From the NCBI GenBank assembly GCA_963650485.1, contig CAVJLN010000010.1:6076-70075 (forward strand): a stretch of 64,000 nucleotides of DNA, in the 5' to 3' direction. This DNA is from Bacteroidaceae bacterium. GTDB taxonomy: Bacteria > Bacillota > Clostridia > Lachnospirales > Lachnospiraceae. The notes below the pieces were generated by a model. The model worked only from the letters and a program-made list of their open reading frames with translations, searched no databases and had not been told where the DNA came from. Positions 20,854 through 30,485 of this stretch are shown one piece after another (the first letter of the stretch is position 1; each line of letters starts with the position of its first letter). Made by a program: the position numbers and the translations under genes.

Positions 20854-21747
20854 TTATTTGCCTAAGCAAACGCTGTCCTCCAAGCCATACTTCTTTGCAA
20901 TTTCCATAAAGGTTCCATCCTCTGCCATTTCAAGCAGGGTGGATTCTACCTGATCCTTTAATTCCGTGTTGCCAAGCTTAAAGCCGATACCATACTGTTC
21001 GGTTGCCAGCTTTTCATCGAGGATCACGAAGCCATCCCCTCTTGATTCCAGCTGGTAATCTGCAACTCCGATATCTACGGCAATCGCATCCACAGCGCCT
21101 GCATCTAAATTCAGGAACCCGGTATTATAATCCGCAAACTGTGTCAGCTCTGCAAAGGTTGCTGCCAGATCTGCCGCATCTCCTTCAAGGGCTGCCAACG
21201 CGGAAGAATCCTTCTGTACTCCGACGATCTTACCTGCAAGATCTGCAGGAGATGTAATTCCGGAATCTGCCTTTACGACAAATACCTGACTGTTATCTAC
21301 ATAAGGAACCGTGAACGTGTACTGATCTTCACGTCCGTTCATGGTAAATCCGTTCCAGATACAGTCAATGGAGCCGGAACTTAATTCCATATCCTTGGCA
21401 TCCCAGTCGATCGGCTGTTTTACGAGTGTCCATCCGTTGCGGTTGCATACCTCTGCGGCAAGCTCCAAGTCAAATCCGGTATATTCACCGTTTTCATCCA
21501 TATAGCCATAAGGCGGGAACTCAGCATCAAAGCCAACGGTAAAGGTTCTTCCTTCTGTGGAAGCCTCTGCCTGTTCACTGTCATTTTGTGTGTCATCGGT
21601 CTGCCCGGCATCGGTCTGTGCGGCCTCAGTCTGTGTAGTGTCTTCCTGTGCCGTTGTATCCTGTGCGGTGGTCTCCTTGGCACCGCATCCAGCCAGTAAT
21701 CCGGTCATCATTACGGCTGCAATAGAAACTGCGAGTAACTTTTTCAT
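20854..21747 (-). CDS. Amino acid ABC transporter substrate-binding lipoprotein
   Basis: LAGC lipobox, low-complexity T/Q/D linker, FPPYGY, GFDLEL, WNGFT. Confidence 0.92.
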   Translation of the reverse strand: MKKLLAVSIAAVMMTGLLAGCGAKETTAQDTTAQEDTTQTEAAQTDAGQTDDTQNDSEQAEASTEGRTFTVGFDAEFPPYGYMDENGEYTGFDLELAAEVCNRNGWTLVKQPIDWDAKDMELSSGSIDCIWNGFTMNGREDQYTFTVPYVDNSQVFVVKADSGITSPADLAGKIVGVQKDSSALAALEGDAADLAATFAELTQFADYNTGFLNLDAGAVDAIAVDIGVADYQLESRGDGFVILDEKLATEQYGIGFKLGNTELKDQVESTLLEMAEDGTFMEIAKKYGLEDSVCLGK

Positions 21748-21805
21748 AATCTCTCCATCCTTCCTTAGTCCTGTATTTACAGGTTAGTCATGTACCACGC
21801 TACTT

Positions 21806-21864
21806 CTTTAGCATGATAAAGCACGTTCGATACTCATGCTATCATGCACACTAAGGAAAGTCAA
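21806..21864 (-). promoter_or_regulatory. Promoter and candidate palindromic operator of the amino-acid ABC operon
   Basis: TTGACT-17 nt-TAGCAT on the minus strand; near-palindrome CTTTAGCATGATAAAG at 21806-21821. Confidence 0.45.
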
Positions 21865-21895
21865 GTATCAAGTGTCCGGCTGCTGTACGAAAACA

Positions 21896-23077
21896 TTAAT
21901 CTTTATCATATTCTGCCACGATGCTCAGAATTTCCCTGGCATATTTCGGATAATTTTCCACCAGATCCTTCACTTCTGCTTTCGCCTTTCCGGCAATGAC
22001 TTCCTTGTTATAATCCATTCTGCGGCGCAGGGACTGTCTGCGGATAATCAGATTATGTCGGATCTCAACCATTTCCTTCTTATCAAGGAGTGCCTGTGTC
22101 TGATGCAGCCAGATCATCGGATCTTTCACCTGATACCGGCGCAGGATATGTAACAGCTCCTGCTGGGTGGAATCCAGTTCGATCTCTGCCTGTTTATAAT
22201 TATGACGTTCGTCCTTTTCTTCAAGATACTGCTTATAATCCCGTCCAAGCTCCTGTGCGCTTTTGACATTGTATTTCATATAAAGATAGTCAAGCAGATG
22301 CGTATTGTTCACATACCGGATCTTCACCGTATTCTGCAGCCGGATCAGTCTTGTAATCCCGCTCTCCACCTGGGAAAGCTCCCGTACGGCATCGTTATAT
22401 TTTAAGAAAATGGAGGTAATGGCAAGTGCCCCGATTCCTCCGACCGCCAGATAGCCGATCTTCACGTCAAATGAAAATACATACTGCAAAAGTAAGAGTA
22501 AAAACAGGCAGAAGACCACTGCTGTTGCACAGACAATCGTCATAGAACGGGTATCCTTCATGAGATGCCGCAGCTCGATCTTCCGGAAGCCGTAGGCCTG
22601 CCGTTCACTGTCGAGCCGGCGCAGATCCCGCCTGATCAGGTTCTGGTATTCTTCGGCCTTTTCAAGCTTCTCATACGCCTCCTGCACTTCCTCTTCCATA
22701 CTTTCCATCTGATAGAATTTCTCATCCGGCATCCGGTTTTTGCGTTCCCTGTAGCCGGACTGCTGCTTCTCAAGGGTATCCATCCGCCTGGCACATTCCA
22801 TTAACAGACAGCTTTCATTCTCCGGCAGTGCCTCAATCTCTTCGATGTCCTTAAGATGCGAGGTTACCACCTGATATTCATGCTGGAGATTCTCTACCTC
22901 CCGGGACGCCTCCGCAATCTGCTCCAAACATCCCCGGACATATTCCTCACGCTGCTTCCGGTTATGGATCTGTAAATCGTCACGGTCGTAGACAATCTCA
23001 TTCCATTCCTCGACTTCATAGGTCTCCTCGTCCCCGTAATCCTTTTTCCAGTTAAAAATCCGTTGTAATAAACCCAT
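21896..23077 (-). CDS. Coiled-coil membrane protein with 2 TM helices, unknown function
   Basis: Heptad-rich charged regions flank two hydrophobic helices (IVCATAVVFCLFLLLLLQYVF; IGYLAVGGIGALAITSIFL). Confidence 0.75.
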   Translation of the reverse strand: MGLLQRIFNWKKDYGDEETYEVEEWNEIVYDRDDLQIHNRKQREEYVRGCLEQIAEASREVENLQHEYQVVTSHLKDIEEIEALPENESCLLMECARRMDTLEKQQSGYRERKNRMPDEKFYQMESMEEEVQEAYEKLEKAEEYQNLIRRDLRRLDSERQAYGFRKIELRHLMKDTRSMTIVCATAVVFCLFLLLLLQYVFSFDVKIGYLAVGGIGALAITSIFLKYNDAVRELSQVESGITRLIRLQNTVKIRYVNNTHLLDYLYMKYNVKSAQELGRDYKQYLEEKDERHNYKQAEIELDSTQQELLHILRRYQVKDPMIWLHQTQALLDKKEMVEIRHNLIIRRQSLRRRMDYNKEVIAGKAKAEVKDLVENYPKYAREILSIVAEYDKD

Positions 23078-23079
23078 TC

Positions 23080-23916
23080 TTATTCCTCAACGAGCTGCAG
23101 ATAATCTTCCTTCAACCGATAGATAATCTTATCAATTTCTTCGTAATAGGAAGCCACATTTCCCTCTTCCTTATAAATCTTCAGTGCCGACAGCATCCGG
23201 TTTTCACGTGAAGCCTCGAACTCTCCCTTCGCCGTTGTAATCTTCTTTTCAAGTGCCAGCGAAAGCTCATGGTATTCGGAATGCTCCGCAATAAAACGAA
23301 TGTATTCTTCCTCCGACAGATAGCTCCGTAAGGAAGATAAATATTGCAATCCCGACTCTTCGTCCTTCGACATCTCATAGGCACGCTTATAATATTTCGC
23401 CGCAATATCGAACATGAAAAGTCCTGCATAAGCATACCCCATATTATGATAAATGGCAGGCCTCAGGGCATTCTCGGTATCGGGCAGATCCCGGTTCAGC
23501 TCTTCATATTCCCTAAGTGCCATCAAATGCCGGTTATTCTGTAACAGGTAATCTGCCTGCTTCTTCTTCCGTTCAAAATCATTTAATCCGGCATTGCTTT
23601 TCAGAATTTCATCCATTTGTGCAATTTCTGCCTCGGTGCAATAGTTGACATAATTAATAATTATGTCAACAAATTCTCCCGCTTGGATTCCTTTTTTCAT
23701 GGCAAGCGTAAGCTGGTCTGCCAGCTTAGGAAGACCACACTGTTCCCGCAGCCATTCCGGAAGGCGCTTATCCATGATTTCTGTGTTAATCATAAACGGG
23801 TTGTTCGCAAACAGGTAACACAGCTCTTCCACGCAGTATACATTCACACAGACCTTCTCTAAATGATAGGGTTCGTTGGCATATTTTCCTGTACAGATTA
23901 ATACTCGGCTTATCAT
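23080..23916 (-). CDS. TPR-containing protein, unknown function
   Basis: AIYHNMGYAYAGLFMFDIAAKYYKRAY is TPR-like; 2-nt gap to the downstream gene. Confidence 0.72.
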   Translation of the reverse strand: MISRVLICTGKYANEPYHLEKVCVNVYCVEELCYLFANNPFMINTEIMDKRLPEWLREQCGLPKLADQLTLAMKKGIQAGEFVDIIINYVNYCTEAEIAQMDEILKSNAGLNDFERKKKQADYLLQNNRHLMALREYEELNRDLPDTENALRPAIYHNMGYAYAGLFMFDIAAKYYKRAYEMSKDEESGLQYLSSLRSYLSEEEYIRFIAEHSEYHELSLALEKKITTAKGEFEASRENRMLSALKIYKEEGNVASYYEEIDKIIYRLKEDYLQLVEE

Positions 23917-23942
23917 CTGAATTCCTTTCTGTTATCTAAAAT

Positions 23943-24021
23943 ACCGGTAACTATTCAGAACACCATTCGTAAAACCGTTGCTAACGCAACGTAGTTTTAC
24001 TCATGTGGTTACAAATACCGG
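23943..24021. repeat. Intergenic hairpin element with GTAACTATTCAG end and tandem GA mismatch
   Basis: Plus strand CAT-TC-GTAAAAC-CGTTGC-TAAC-GCAACG-TA-GTTTTAC-TC-ATG. Confidence 0.65.
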
Positions 24022-24025
24022 CCCC

Positions 24026-25333
24026 TCATACCTGCAGGGTGTGCGTCCATGCCCGGCCGCTGCTCTTAAAGAGCTCTCCGAAGCCCATGTCAGTAATTTC
24101 CAGCGTCAGCGTATGAATTGTGGTCATTTCCGCATGGATCCGCAATCTCGTTGTACAACGTGGCCTCTCGGGAAGTCCGTCAAGTGTAATCGTCTTATCC
24201 ATAATATTTTCACCGGTCAGCGGCGTAATCGTAAAGCACAATACATTTCCGCTTTCCAGAATCAGGTCAAAATCCGTCTTCGCCTCATACCAGTTCACAC
24301 CGGCATCCAGAATAGCCAGATACGAATCCTCACCACGGCGCAGTGCCTTCATCCCGATATTGGATTTCAGCTTATCTTCTCCAAGGTAAACATATTCGCG
24401 TGTATTTCCCTGCGGATTCACCTTTTCCATTCCGGCATAGCAGGCTCCTTTGCTATACAGGTTGTTTCCCTGAAACACTCTCCGGTTATGGCACAGAATC
24501 TTTAAGGATTCCCTGGTCCATCCCTCCTTAAAGCCCTCTCCGATTAAGAATACCGTCGATACATCCGTCTCCCGTAAGCAGCTCTCACACAGCTGTCCGA
24601 ACTGCTCATCCAGTTCCTGCTGCTGTGCCATGCGCTCTGCCTCATCCTCCGACCAGACTACTCTCTTCATCTCCGGATAATCCAGATGCTCGATAAACAC
24701 CACCTTGGGGGTCGTGTGCCGGTTACACTGAAAACGCAGCGTTTTCAGCTCCTCGTTATATTCAAAAACAAATACTTCTCTTTTCCAAAGCTCTGCCTGC
24801 TGGTGAAGCATATAATAATAAAAGCTCTCAATATGGCTCTGGAAGCAGATCTGCGGGCATTTAAGCTGCAGTCCCGATACAACTTTCCCTAACACCTCCA
24901 CCATACGCGGAGTCAGCTCCTCCACCGTGAACATAAACACCTCCGCACGGTTCATGGAAACCTGCATATTAAGGGTTGCAAGGCTTCGCTTGATAAACAG
25001 GGTGAGCAAAGCCACCGGGTCAAAGGTCACATCTTCGACGAGAACCTCCTCTCCCTGCAACGCCTTTTCCAGAAGGCGATCTACCAGAATTCCTTCTTCA
25101 CCCTGATTTTTCAGAGCCTCTTTTCCATAATACCACTGGCTTACACCAACCCGTTTACATAACACGGTAGGAATATTATACTGCTCAGTGCCTGCCACCG
25201 GAGAAACCGTGCAGGGATCCGCATCACCGACCGCATAATAGCTCACCTGCGAAAACTGTCTCCCCAGATCATACCCGATGACAATCTTTGCATTATTCCG
25301 TTTTCCTGCAAAATCCCTGTTTTCCTGTAGCAT
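24026..25333 (-). CDS. DUF5716-like protein; degenerate Hsp70/actin-fold
   Basis: IGYDLG, IPTVLC, YYGKEA, VFLIGEG and SKGAC occur in the same order as the Hsp70 NBD motifs; the DUF name is from recall. Confidence 0.65.
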   Translation of the reverse strand: MLQENRDFAGKRNNAKIVIGYDLGRQFSQVSYYAVGDADPCTVSPVAGTEQYNIPTVLCKRVGVSQWYYGKEALKNQGEEGILVDRLLEKALQGEEVLVEDVTFDPVALLTLFIKRSLATLNMQVSMNRAEVFMFTVEELTPRMVEVLGKVVSGLQLKCPQICFQSHIESFYYYMLHQQAELWKREVFVFEYNEELKTLRFQCNRHTTPKVVFIEHLDYPEMKRVVWSEDEAERMAQQQELDEQFGQLCESCLRETDVSTVFLIGEGFKEGWTRESLKILCHNRRVFQGNNLYSKGACYAGMEKVNPQGNTREYVYLGEDKLKSNIGMKALRRGEDSYLAILDAGVNWYEAKTDFDLILESGNVLCFTITPLTGENIMDKTITLDGLPERPRCTTRLRIHAEMTTIHTLTLEITDMGFGELFKSSGRAWTHTLQV

Positions 25334-25342
25334 GGGCCACCC

Positions 25343-28300
25343 CTATTTCATTGAAAATAATTCATTTAACAAATATGAATAATCATAGTACTCGAAAAGC
25401 ATGCTTTCCATGGTGTCGTAATCCTTCAATGTCCGTGCCATGGCAATGTCATTGATCAGATTGTACCGGCTGATCTTCTGGTTCGTGTCCGTGTCACTCC
25501 GGCTGAACGTTCCACTCTCGTTCAGCTGTTCCTTCCCGTCTTCAATCTCCACGATATAATACTGGAGACGTTCTCCGAAGAACAGGACGAATTCTTTCAC
25601 ACAGACGCCGCCGTACATGTTCTTCATCTCTTCCTTGCGGTACTCATTCTCCGCATTTCCTTCCCGCTCAATCAGGTAATGAATCACCGCACGGTTTCCA
25701 TCGTGGACGTGGTATTCCACCATGGTCTTGTCCATATATTTATGCATAAAGGTAATGTTCTCTGCAAATTCCCTGTAAAACGGGAACACCATCTTTTCCG
25801 CTGCCATCTCCCGTAAGAAAACGAGCAGATTCTTTGAAACCTTTTCATTGGTCTGTTCTTTGTGCTCGGCATAAAACTTCGTATAGGCAAGCTTGCATAC
25901 CATCGGAAGCTCCTGCTCCTCTTCCCAGATCCGCTCTGCCTCGTTTAAGATAAACGGATCGGTCACCTTGTCCTTTACGAAATAGTCATAGCAGGACTGG
26001 GCTAAGAATGCAAGCTCTACCGAAGAGTCCGCACCTTTCTTGACATAGCTCTGGAAAATGGCTACTGCATTTCCGACAAAGGCACCGGTATACAGCATCT
26101 GAATTAAGATCCGTTCCTCGATGAAACGCGTATCCACGCCAAAGGACTCTGCGGTGCTCCAGACATCACGCATCTCCTTCACGGTTCCTTTAAAATACTG
26201 GTTCAGATAGTTCAGTAAAAGCTCATCATACTTTCCGGAAAGGAATGCCCGGTAAATCAATGCCGTCATGACCGGATCTTCCTTCATTCCGTCAAGGGCT
26301 AAGAGACGCCCGCACAACCGTACGATAATCTTCGCTTCAATGCCCTCTCCGCCGCAGATACTGATCCATTCGTAAGCCTTCTCATACATCCCCCGGATCA
26401 CCATAAAGCGTACCATCTGGGACATGCTGTCACGGAAAATCATCTCCGGTTCCAGCTCATTCAAAACCTCATCCAGCTCATTCATCTGATCGTGGTCGTA
26501 ATGATACTGCATAAGCTTTAAGCGGATTTCCTTCTGGATGGACTCCTTCACAAGCGGGGATTCCATGATCTGCTTCATATGCTCCTGGTTGCTTTCACTG
26601 ACCGGAAGAAGCTGATGTCCCTTCTCGCACAGCCACAGGTCAAACAAAATCTCATCCTTTACATAAGGAGCGATCATCCCGGCAATCTTGTCCGGAATCA
26701 TCAGCCGTTCCAGTTCATATTCTTCCTCCCTGCAAAAACGGTTACCCCTGAAGTCCTCCAGTACAATCCGATAGCTGGTTCCATATAACGGCAGGTACAT
26801 AACCTGTCCTATAACCGGATACGCCTGTTCCTCTTTCAGACTGTCATAGATCACGCAGACCCTGCTGATATCCTTCCGTTTCAGATGCAGCTCCTGCAGG
26901 AAAACAGCGGTTACCAGTCCTTCCGAAACTTCTTCGGTAATCATTCCCTCTGTAATCAGGTTTTTATATAAATAAGCGAGCCATTTGTTATTTCTCTTCT
27001 TTAAAATCTGGAATACCACAAATCGTTCCAGCTGCTCCCTGTAGCTTTCATAAAGTTCCGGATAAACTGCCTTATTGCGATAGACATAGGCATATAGGAA
27101 TGAATTATGTAAACCATCCAGGCTGCTGTCAAAGGCAAAGTACATCAGCACCATTTTCGGAATAACCACATCATCCTTAAGCTCCAGAGACATCATATAG
27201 TACTCATACAGACGGGTAATACGCAGTTCCTTCTCAATGCCCTTTTCATACCAGGCAAAGGCTTCCGGAGTCGTAATGTTTCCGTTAATCAGTATGGTGC
27301 AGATCGTCTGCAGCACTTCATCGGTCGGCAGTACCTGATAACAGACACACAGAATCCGGTAAAGCGGCTTCCGATATCCGCGCAGCTTTTTCGCCAGATA
27401 TACAATCTGATCCACCACCTCTGTGGTAAGAAGCTGCTTTCTGGCTGCATAGGACAATACCTGAATTTCGAAATCGTCAAGCTGCATCAAAATCGATGGG
27501 TTATTCTGAATCAGATGATACGCCTCAATATACAGAACCGGACTTGTTGCTCCCTTGGCAAACTGTTCCTCCAAAACAATCCACTTCTTCGAAGGACTCC
27601 GTGAATAATCGTCCGAAAGGTAAATGAGAAGCCATGCAATGCGCCAGTCATCCACATTTTCTTTGAAAATCTTCTCTACCTGCTCTGCCATCTCGTCAAT
27701 ATACTCTTCGGTACGGTTTAACAGGGTAGAAAGGTACATGTAATAGCAATATAAGGTCGGATTATAGTTTCCTGCCAGAAGCTCATCCGCCTGTCCCAAA
27801 AGCCACTCGGCTTCATTCGTCCGCTCCTGGGTAATTAAGAGCTGCACCCGCATCAGCATATAAGCCGGATCCTGGTCGTTCAGCTCCTGCAACCGATCCA
27901 TAATGAGGCTTGTCTCATTCATCCAGGACGAAGCACTGATCTGTCTTGTGCGGAACGCCTCATAATATTGCATCAGTTCCACAATGGCATGCTTCTTCTG
28001 CCGGTTTGCTTCATAGAACTTACGGTCAATCCGCTGTTTGTATGCCATTACCGTCACCTCTAATGAGGTATAGGCATTCGTGAAGCGGATTTTTCCATAA
28101 TTCTTGCCCGCATGAAGCTTGTCCTCGTCCACATAAAAGGAAAAGCGGTAACAGTTCCCAAGGAAGTCCTCTTCCCGGATGATATCCTTTTCCATCGACA
28201 GGAATGCCCCTTCGGCTTCTGCCAGAAGCTGGGAATATCCCCAGCCGTTCCGCTGGATTACAATGCGTCCCTCGGTGATTCCCTGCGGATCCTCCATCCG

Positions 28301-28900
28301 GATCTCCTGATTTTCGATAATATATTCAATCTGCTGTTTCTTTTTGATTTGTAATAAGAATTCTTCCAGATACTGTTCCTTTCGGCCATTCTTCACAAGT
28401 CCCCGGTAGATATTGAGATACTGCTTATCCGATCCCTGTAAGACCTGCTCGAAATCCTTCGAGAAAAACAGGTTCACAGCCTCCTCCCAGCTTGTCTTTG
28501 CCAGGTTCGTAAAATGAAACAGATTCTTAATGCTGCCAAGACTGGAATTCAGATTCTCACTGCCAACTTCCACATGATATGGAATCAGATATTCTCCCTG
28601 ATTGGAAATGATACGGAATTCCCCCTTCAGGGAATCTCCCTGCGCCATTCCGGCCGTATCCACCACATAGGGAATTTCTTCTTCGGATCCGACAAAGCGC
28701 TCTGTAAGACACTTCATTCGAAGTTCGGTCGTAGAAACCGTTCCTTCGGTCATGACATTGGGCTGTCCGAAAATGGTAAAACTTCCCTCATACTTCTCTC
28801 CGGGTTCTAGCTTCAATTCAATCAATGGACTCGAAAAGTTCAAGGAATGTACATCATTATTAAAATTTCCTTCTAATATCCGGTCAACCGCTTCCCTCAC
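25343..28900 (-). CDS. DUF5717-like large protein (N-terminal beta/Ig-like regions followed by helical repeats)
   Basis: 1185-aa ORF with GTG start after GGAGG; beta-rich N-terminus and helical remainder; the DUF name is from recall. Confidence 0.7.
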   Translation of the reverse strand: MREAVDRILEGNFNNDVHSLNFSSPLIELKLEPGEKYEGSFTIFGQPNVMTEGTVSTTELRMKCLTERFVGSEEEIPYVVDTAGMAQGDSLKGEFRIISNQGEYLIPYHVEVGSENLNSSLGSIKNLFHFTNLAKTSWEEAVNLFFSKDFEQVLQGSDKQYLNIYRGLVKNGRKEQYLEEFLLQIKKKQQIEYIIENQEIRMEDPQGITEGRIVIQRNGWGYSQLLAEAEGAFLSMEKDIIREEDFLGNCYRFSFYVDEDKLHAGKNYGKIRFTNAYTSLEVTVMAYKQRIDRKFYEANRQKKHAIVELMQYYEAFRTRQISASSWMNETSLIMDRLQELNDQDPAYMLMRVQLLITQERTNEAEWLLGQADELLAGNYNPTLYCYYMYLSTLLNRTEEYIDEMAEQVEKIFKENVDDWRIAWLLIYLSDDYSRSPSKKWIVLEEQFAKGATSPVLYIEAYHLIQNNPSILMQLDDFEIQVLSYAARKQLLTTEVVDQIVYLAKKLRGYRKPLYRILCVCYQVLPTDEVLQTICTILINGNITTPEAFAWYEKGIEKELRITRLYEYYMMSLELKDDVVIPKMVLMYFAFDSSLDGLHNSFLYAYVYRNKAVYPELYESYREQLERFVVFQILKKRNNKWLAYLYKNLITEGMITEEVSEGLVTAVFLQELHLKRKDISRVCVIYDSLKEEQAYPVIGQVMYLPLYGTSYRIVLEDFRGNRFCREEEYELERLMIPDKIAGMIAPYVKDEILFDLWLCEKGHQLLPVSESNQEHMKQIMESPLVKESIQKEIRLKLMQYHYDHDQMNELDEVLNELEPEMIFRDSMSQMVRFMVIRGMYEKAYEWISICGGEGIEAKIIVRLCGRLLALDGMKEDPVMTALIYRAFLSGKYDELLLNYLNQYFKGTVKEMRDVWSTAESFGVDTRFIEERILIQMLYTGAFVGNAVAIFQSYVKKGADSSVELAFLAQSCYDYFVKDKVTDPFILNEAERIWEEEQELPMVCKLAYTKFYAEHKEQTNEKVSKNLLVFLREMAAEKMVFPFYREFAENITFMHKYMDKTMVEYHVHDGNRAVIHYLIEREGNAENEYRKEEMKNMYGGVCVKEFVLFFGERLQYYIVEIEDGKEQLNESGTFSRSDTDTNQKISRYNLINDIAMARTLKDYDTMESMLFEYYDYSYLLNELFSMK

Positions 28901-28946
28901 GCCACTTATCCCTCCGGTAAAATATGTATCTGCATATACTTAGTCA

Positions 28947-28976
28947 GTATACCATTTTTTGCTCCGACTTCGCAAC
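28947..28976 (-). promoter_or_regulatory. Sigma-A-like promoter of the DUF5717 operon
   Basis: TTGCGA-18 nt-TATACT with TGn extension on the minus strand. Confidence 0.5.
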
Positions 28977-29102
28977 TCCTTCCAGACACCTAAATTCATC
29001 CCGAGTAACAGTTCCATTCATGGTTTTGGACTCACTCTGCATTTATTCGTTGCTTTACACAGGAGGAGCATCGCCCTCCTGTGTTTCAGAAGATAGCCCC
29101 GT

Positions 29103-30383
29103 TCACCCCGGCTCTGCGATTCTCGATACCGCCACATAAATATTGGAAATACTGTACCAGGTCGGGAAGTCCACAATACCGGACTGTGGAAGTCCGAAGA
29201 TGCCCTGAAAGCCTCTTACGGCGTTTGCGGTTCCCTGTCCGTAAATTCCATCGACCGAAACAACCGGAATCGCCGGATAGTTCTGTGCAATGCGGTTCAA
29301 CTGCCGTTGGATTGTACGCACATTATCTCCGGAAGCGCCGATACTCAGGTTGTAACCTGGCCAGGAAGCCGGCACTCCCGATACACTCACTGCGGAATTA
29401 ATATACATATCATTTCCATAATAATAGCGGATAATTTCAATCGGTGTATACCCCTGATCACCAAGGTACTTGGATCCCCACTGGCTCAATCCGCTGCAGG
29501 TCGTACGCTGTCCATCACAGTAAGAGGTAAAGATCGGCTGACGTACGCCCGGCCTTGACAGATAGTTTGCGAAAATTGTGTCCACAATGAGACTGATGTT
29601 GGAATAGATGTTGCGCCCGTATATCCATTTCTGATCGTAGGCTGTGGAAGAGGTGATCGTGAAGCTGTAGCCCCTGTTCCTGTACCACTCCGTATAAACG
29701 CGATTTAGGGTAAAGGACATAATCGCAAGCACATTGGCGTAAATCGTGCTCTCCGGCCAGGTCGCATAGATTTCGGAGGACGCGACATTCTTGATATAGT
29801 CCCGGTAACGCACATAATAATTTCTGGCCGTAGAATCATCCGGTACGCCATCATGCACTACAATGTATTCCGGAATAACCACCCGGCTTAAGACAATTTC
29901 GCCTTCCTCCACAGGCTTGATTTCCTCTTCTTCGAGCTTCGGCGGATACTCTCCGTAGAGCGTATGATCCGGAATTACAATGACTTCCTTTTCCTCTTCG
30001 GAGGTTTCTAACGGATTCATCTCGACATTCTGCCATGCCGTCACCTCCGGAAGAATCTCCGTCCCAGAAACCTCTACCGGCTCATAGCCGTCTGCCTCCA
30101 CCCGGATGTTATATTCGGAGTAGGGCTGTTCCAGCTGATCCGGCTCTAAACTGTAGCCAATCGGCGGCGATGGCAGTTCAATCGTCTCCGTCTGTCCGGA
30201 ATTGTCCGTACTAAGCTGCTCTACCGTAACATCCGGCACCCCTTTATAGGAAATGATAATCCGCGCATTCTGCACCGGAAGCATTCCAATGGAAGAAGTC
30301 ACCATAATCCGCAGACGGCCGGTCTCTCCTCCGGTGACCCTTCCTGTTTCATTCTCATTTTCAGGCATAAAAAACCTCTGCAT
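29103..30383 (-). CDS. sleC: Spore cortex-lytic enzyme SleC-like (SpoIID-like domain plus PG-binding domain)
   Basis: YIKNVASSEIYATWP, TLNRVYTEWY, TSSTAYDQ, SQWGS; C-terminal VDGIYG...FQGIFGL...GIVD PG-binding domain. The real start may be MPENE at 30368. Confidence 0.8.
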   Translation of the reverse strand: MQRFFMPENENETGRVTGGETGRLRIMVTSSIGMLPVQNARIIISYKGVPDVTVEQLSTDNSGQTETIELPSPPIGYSLEPDQLEQPYSEYNIRVEADGYEPVEVSGTEILPEVTAWQNVEMNPLETSEEEKEVIVIPDHTLYGEYPPKLEEEEIKPVEEGEIVLSRVVIPEYIVVHDGVPDDSTARNYYVRYRDYIKNVASSEIYATWPESTIYANVLAIMSFTLNRVYTEWYRNRGYSFTITSSTAYDQKWIYGRNIYSNISLIVDTIFANYLSRPGVRQPIFTSYCDGQRTTCSGLSQWGSKYLGDQGYTPIEIIRYYYGNDMYINSAVSVSGVPASWPGYNLSIGASGDNVRTIQRQLNRIAQNYPAIPVVSVDGIYGQGTANAVRGFQGIFGLPQSGIVDFPTWYSISNIYVAVSRIAEPG

Positions 30384-30485
30384 AAGATATACTTAGTATA
30401 TTTTATGCAGAGATCCTGCTTATGCTCTATTCATTTTCTGTCACGGATCAATGTATTAAGCTCCGGCAGCAATGCCATGATGGAA

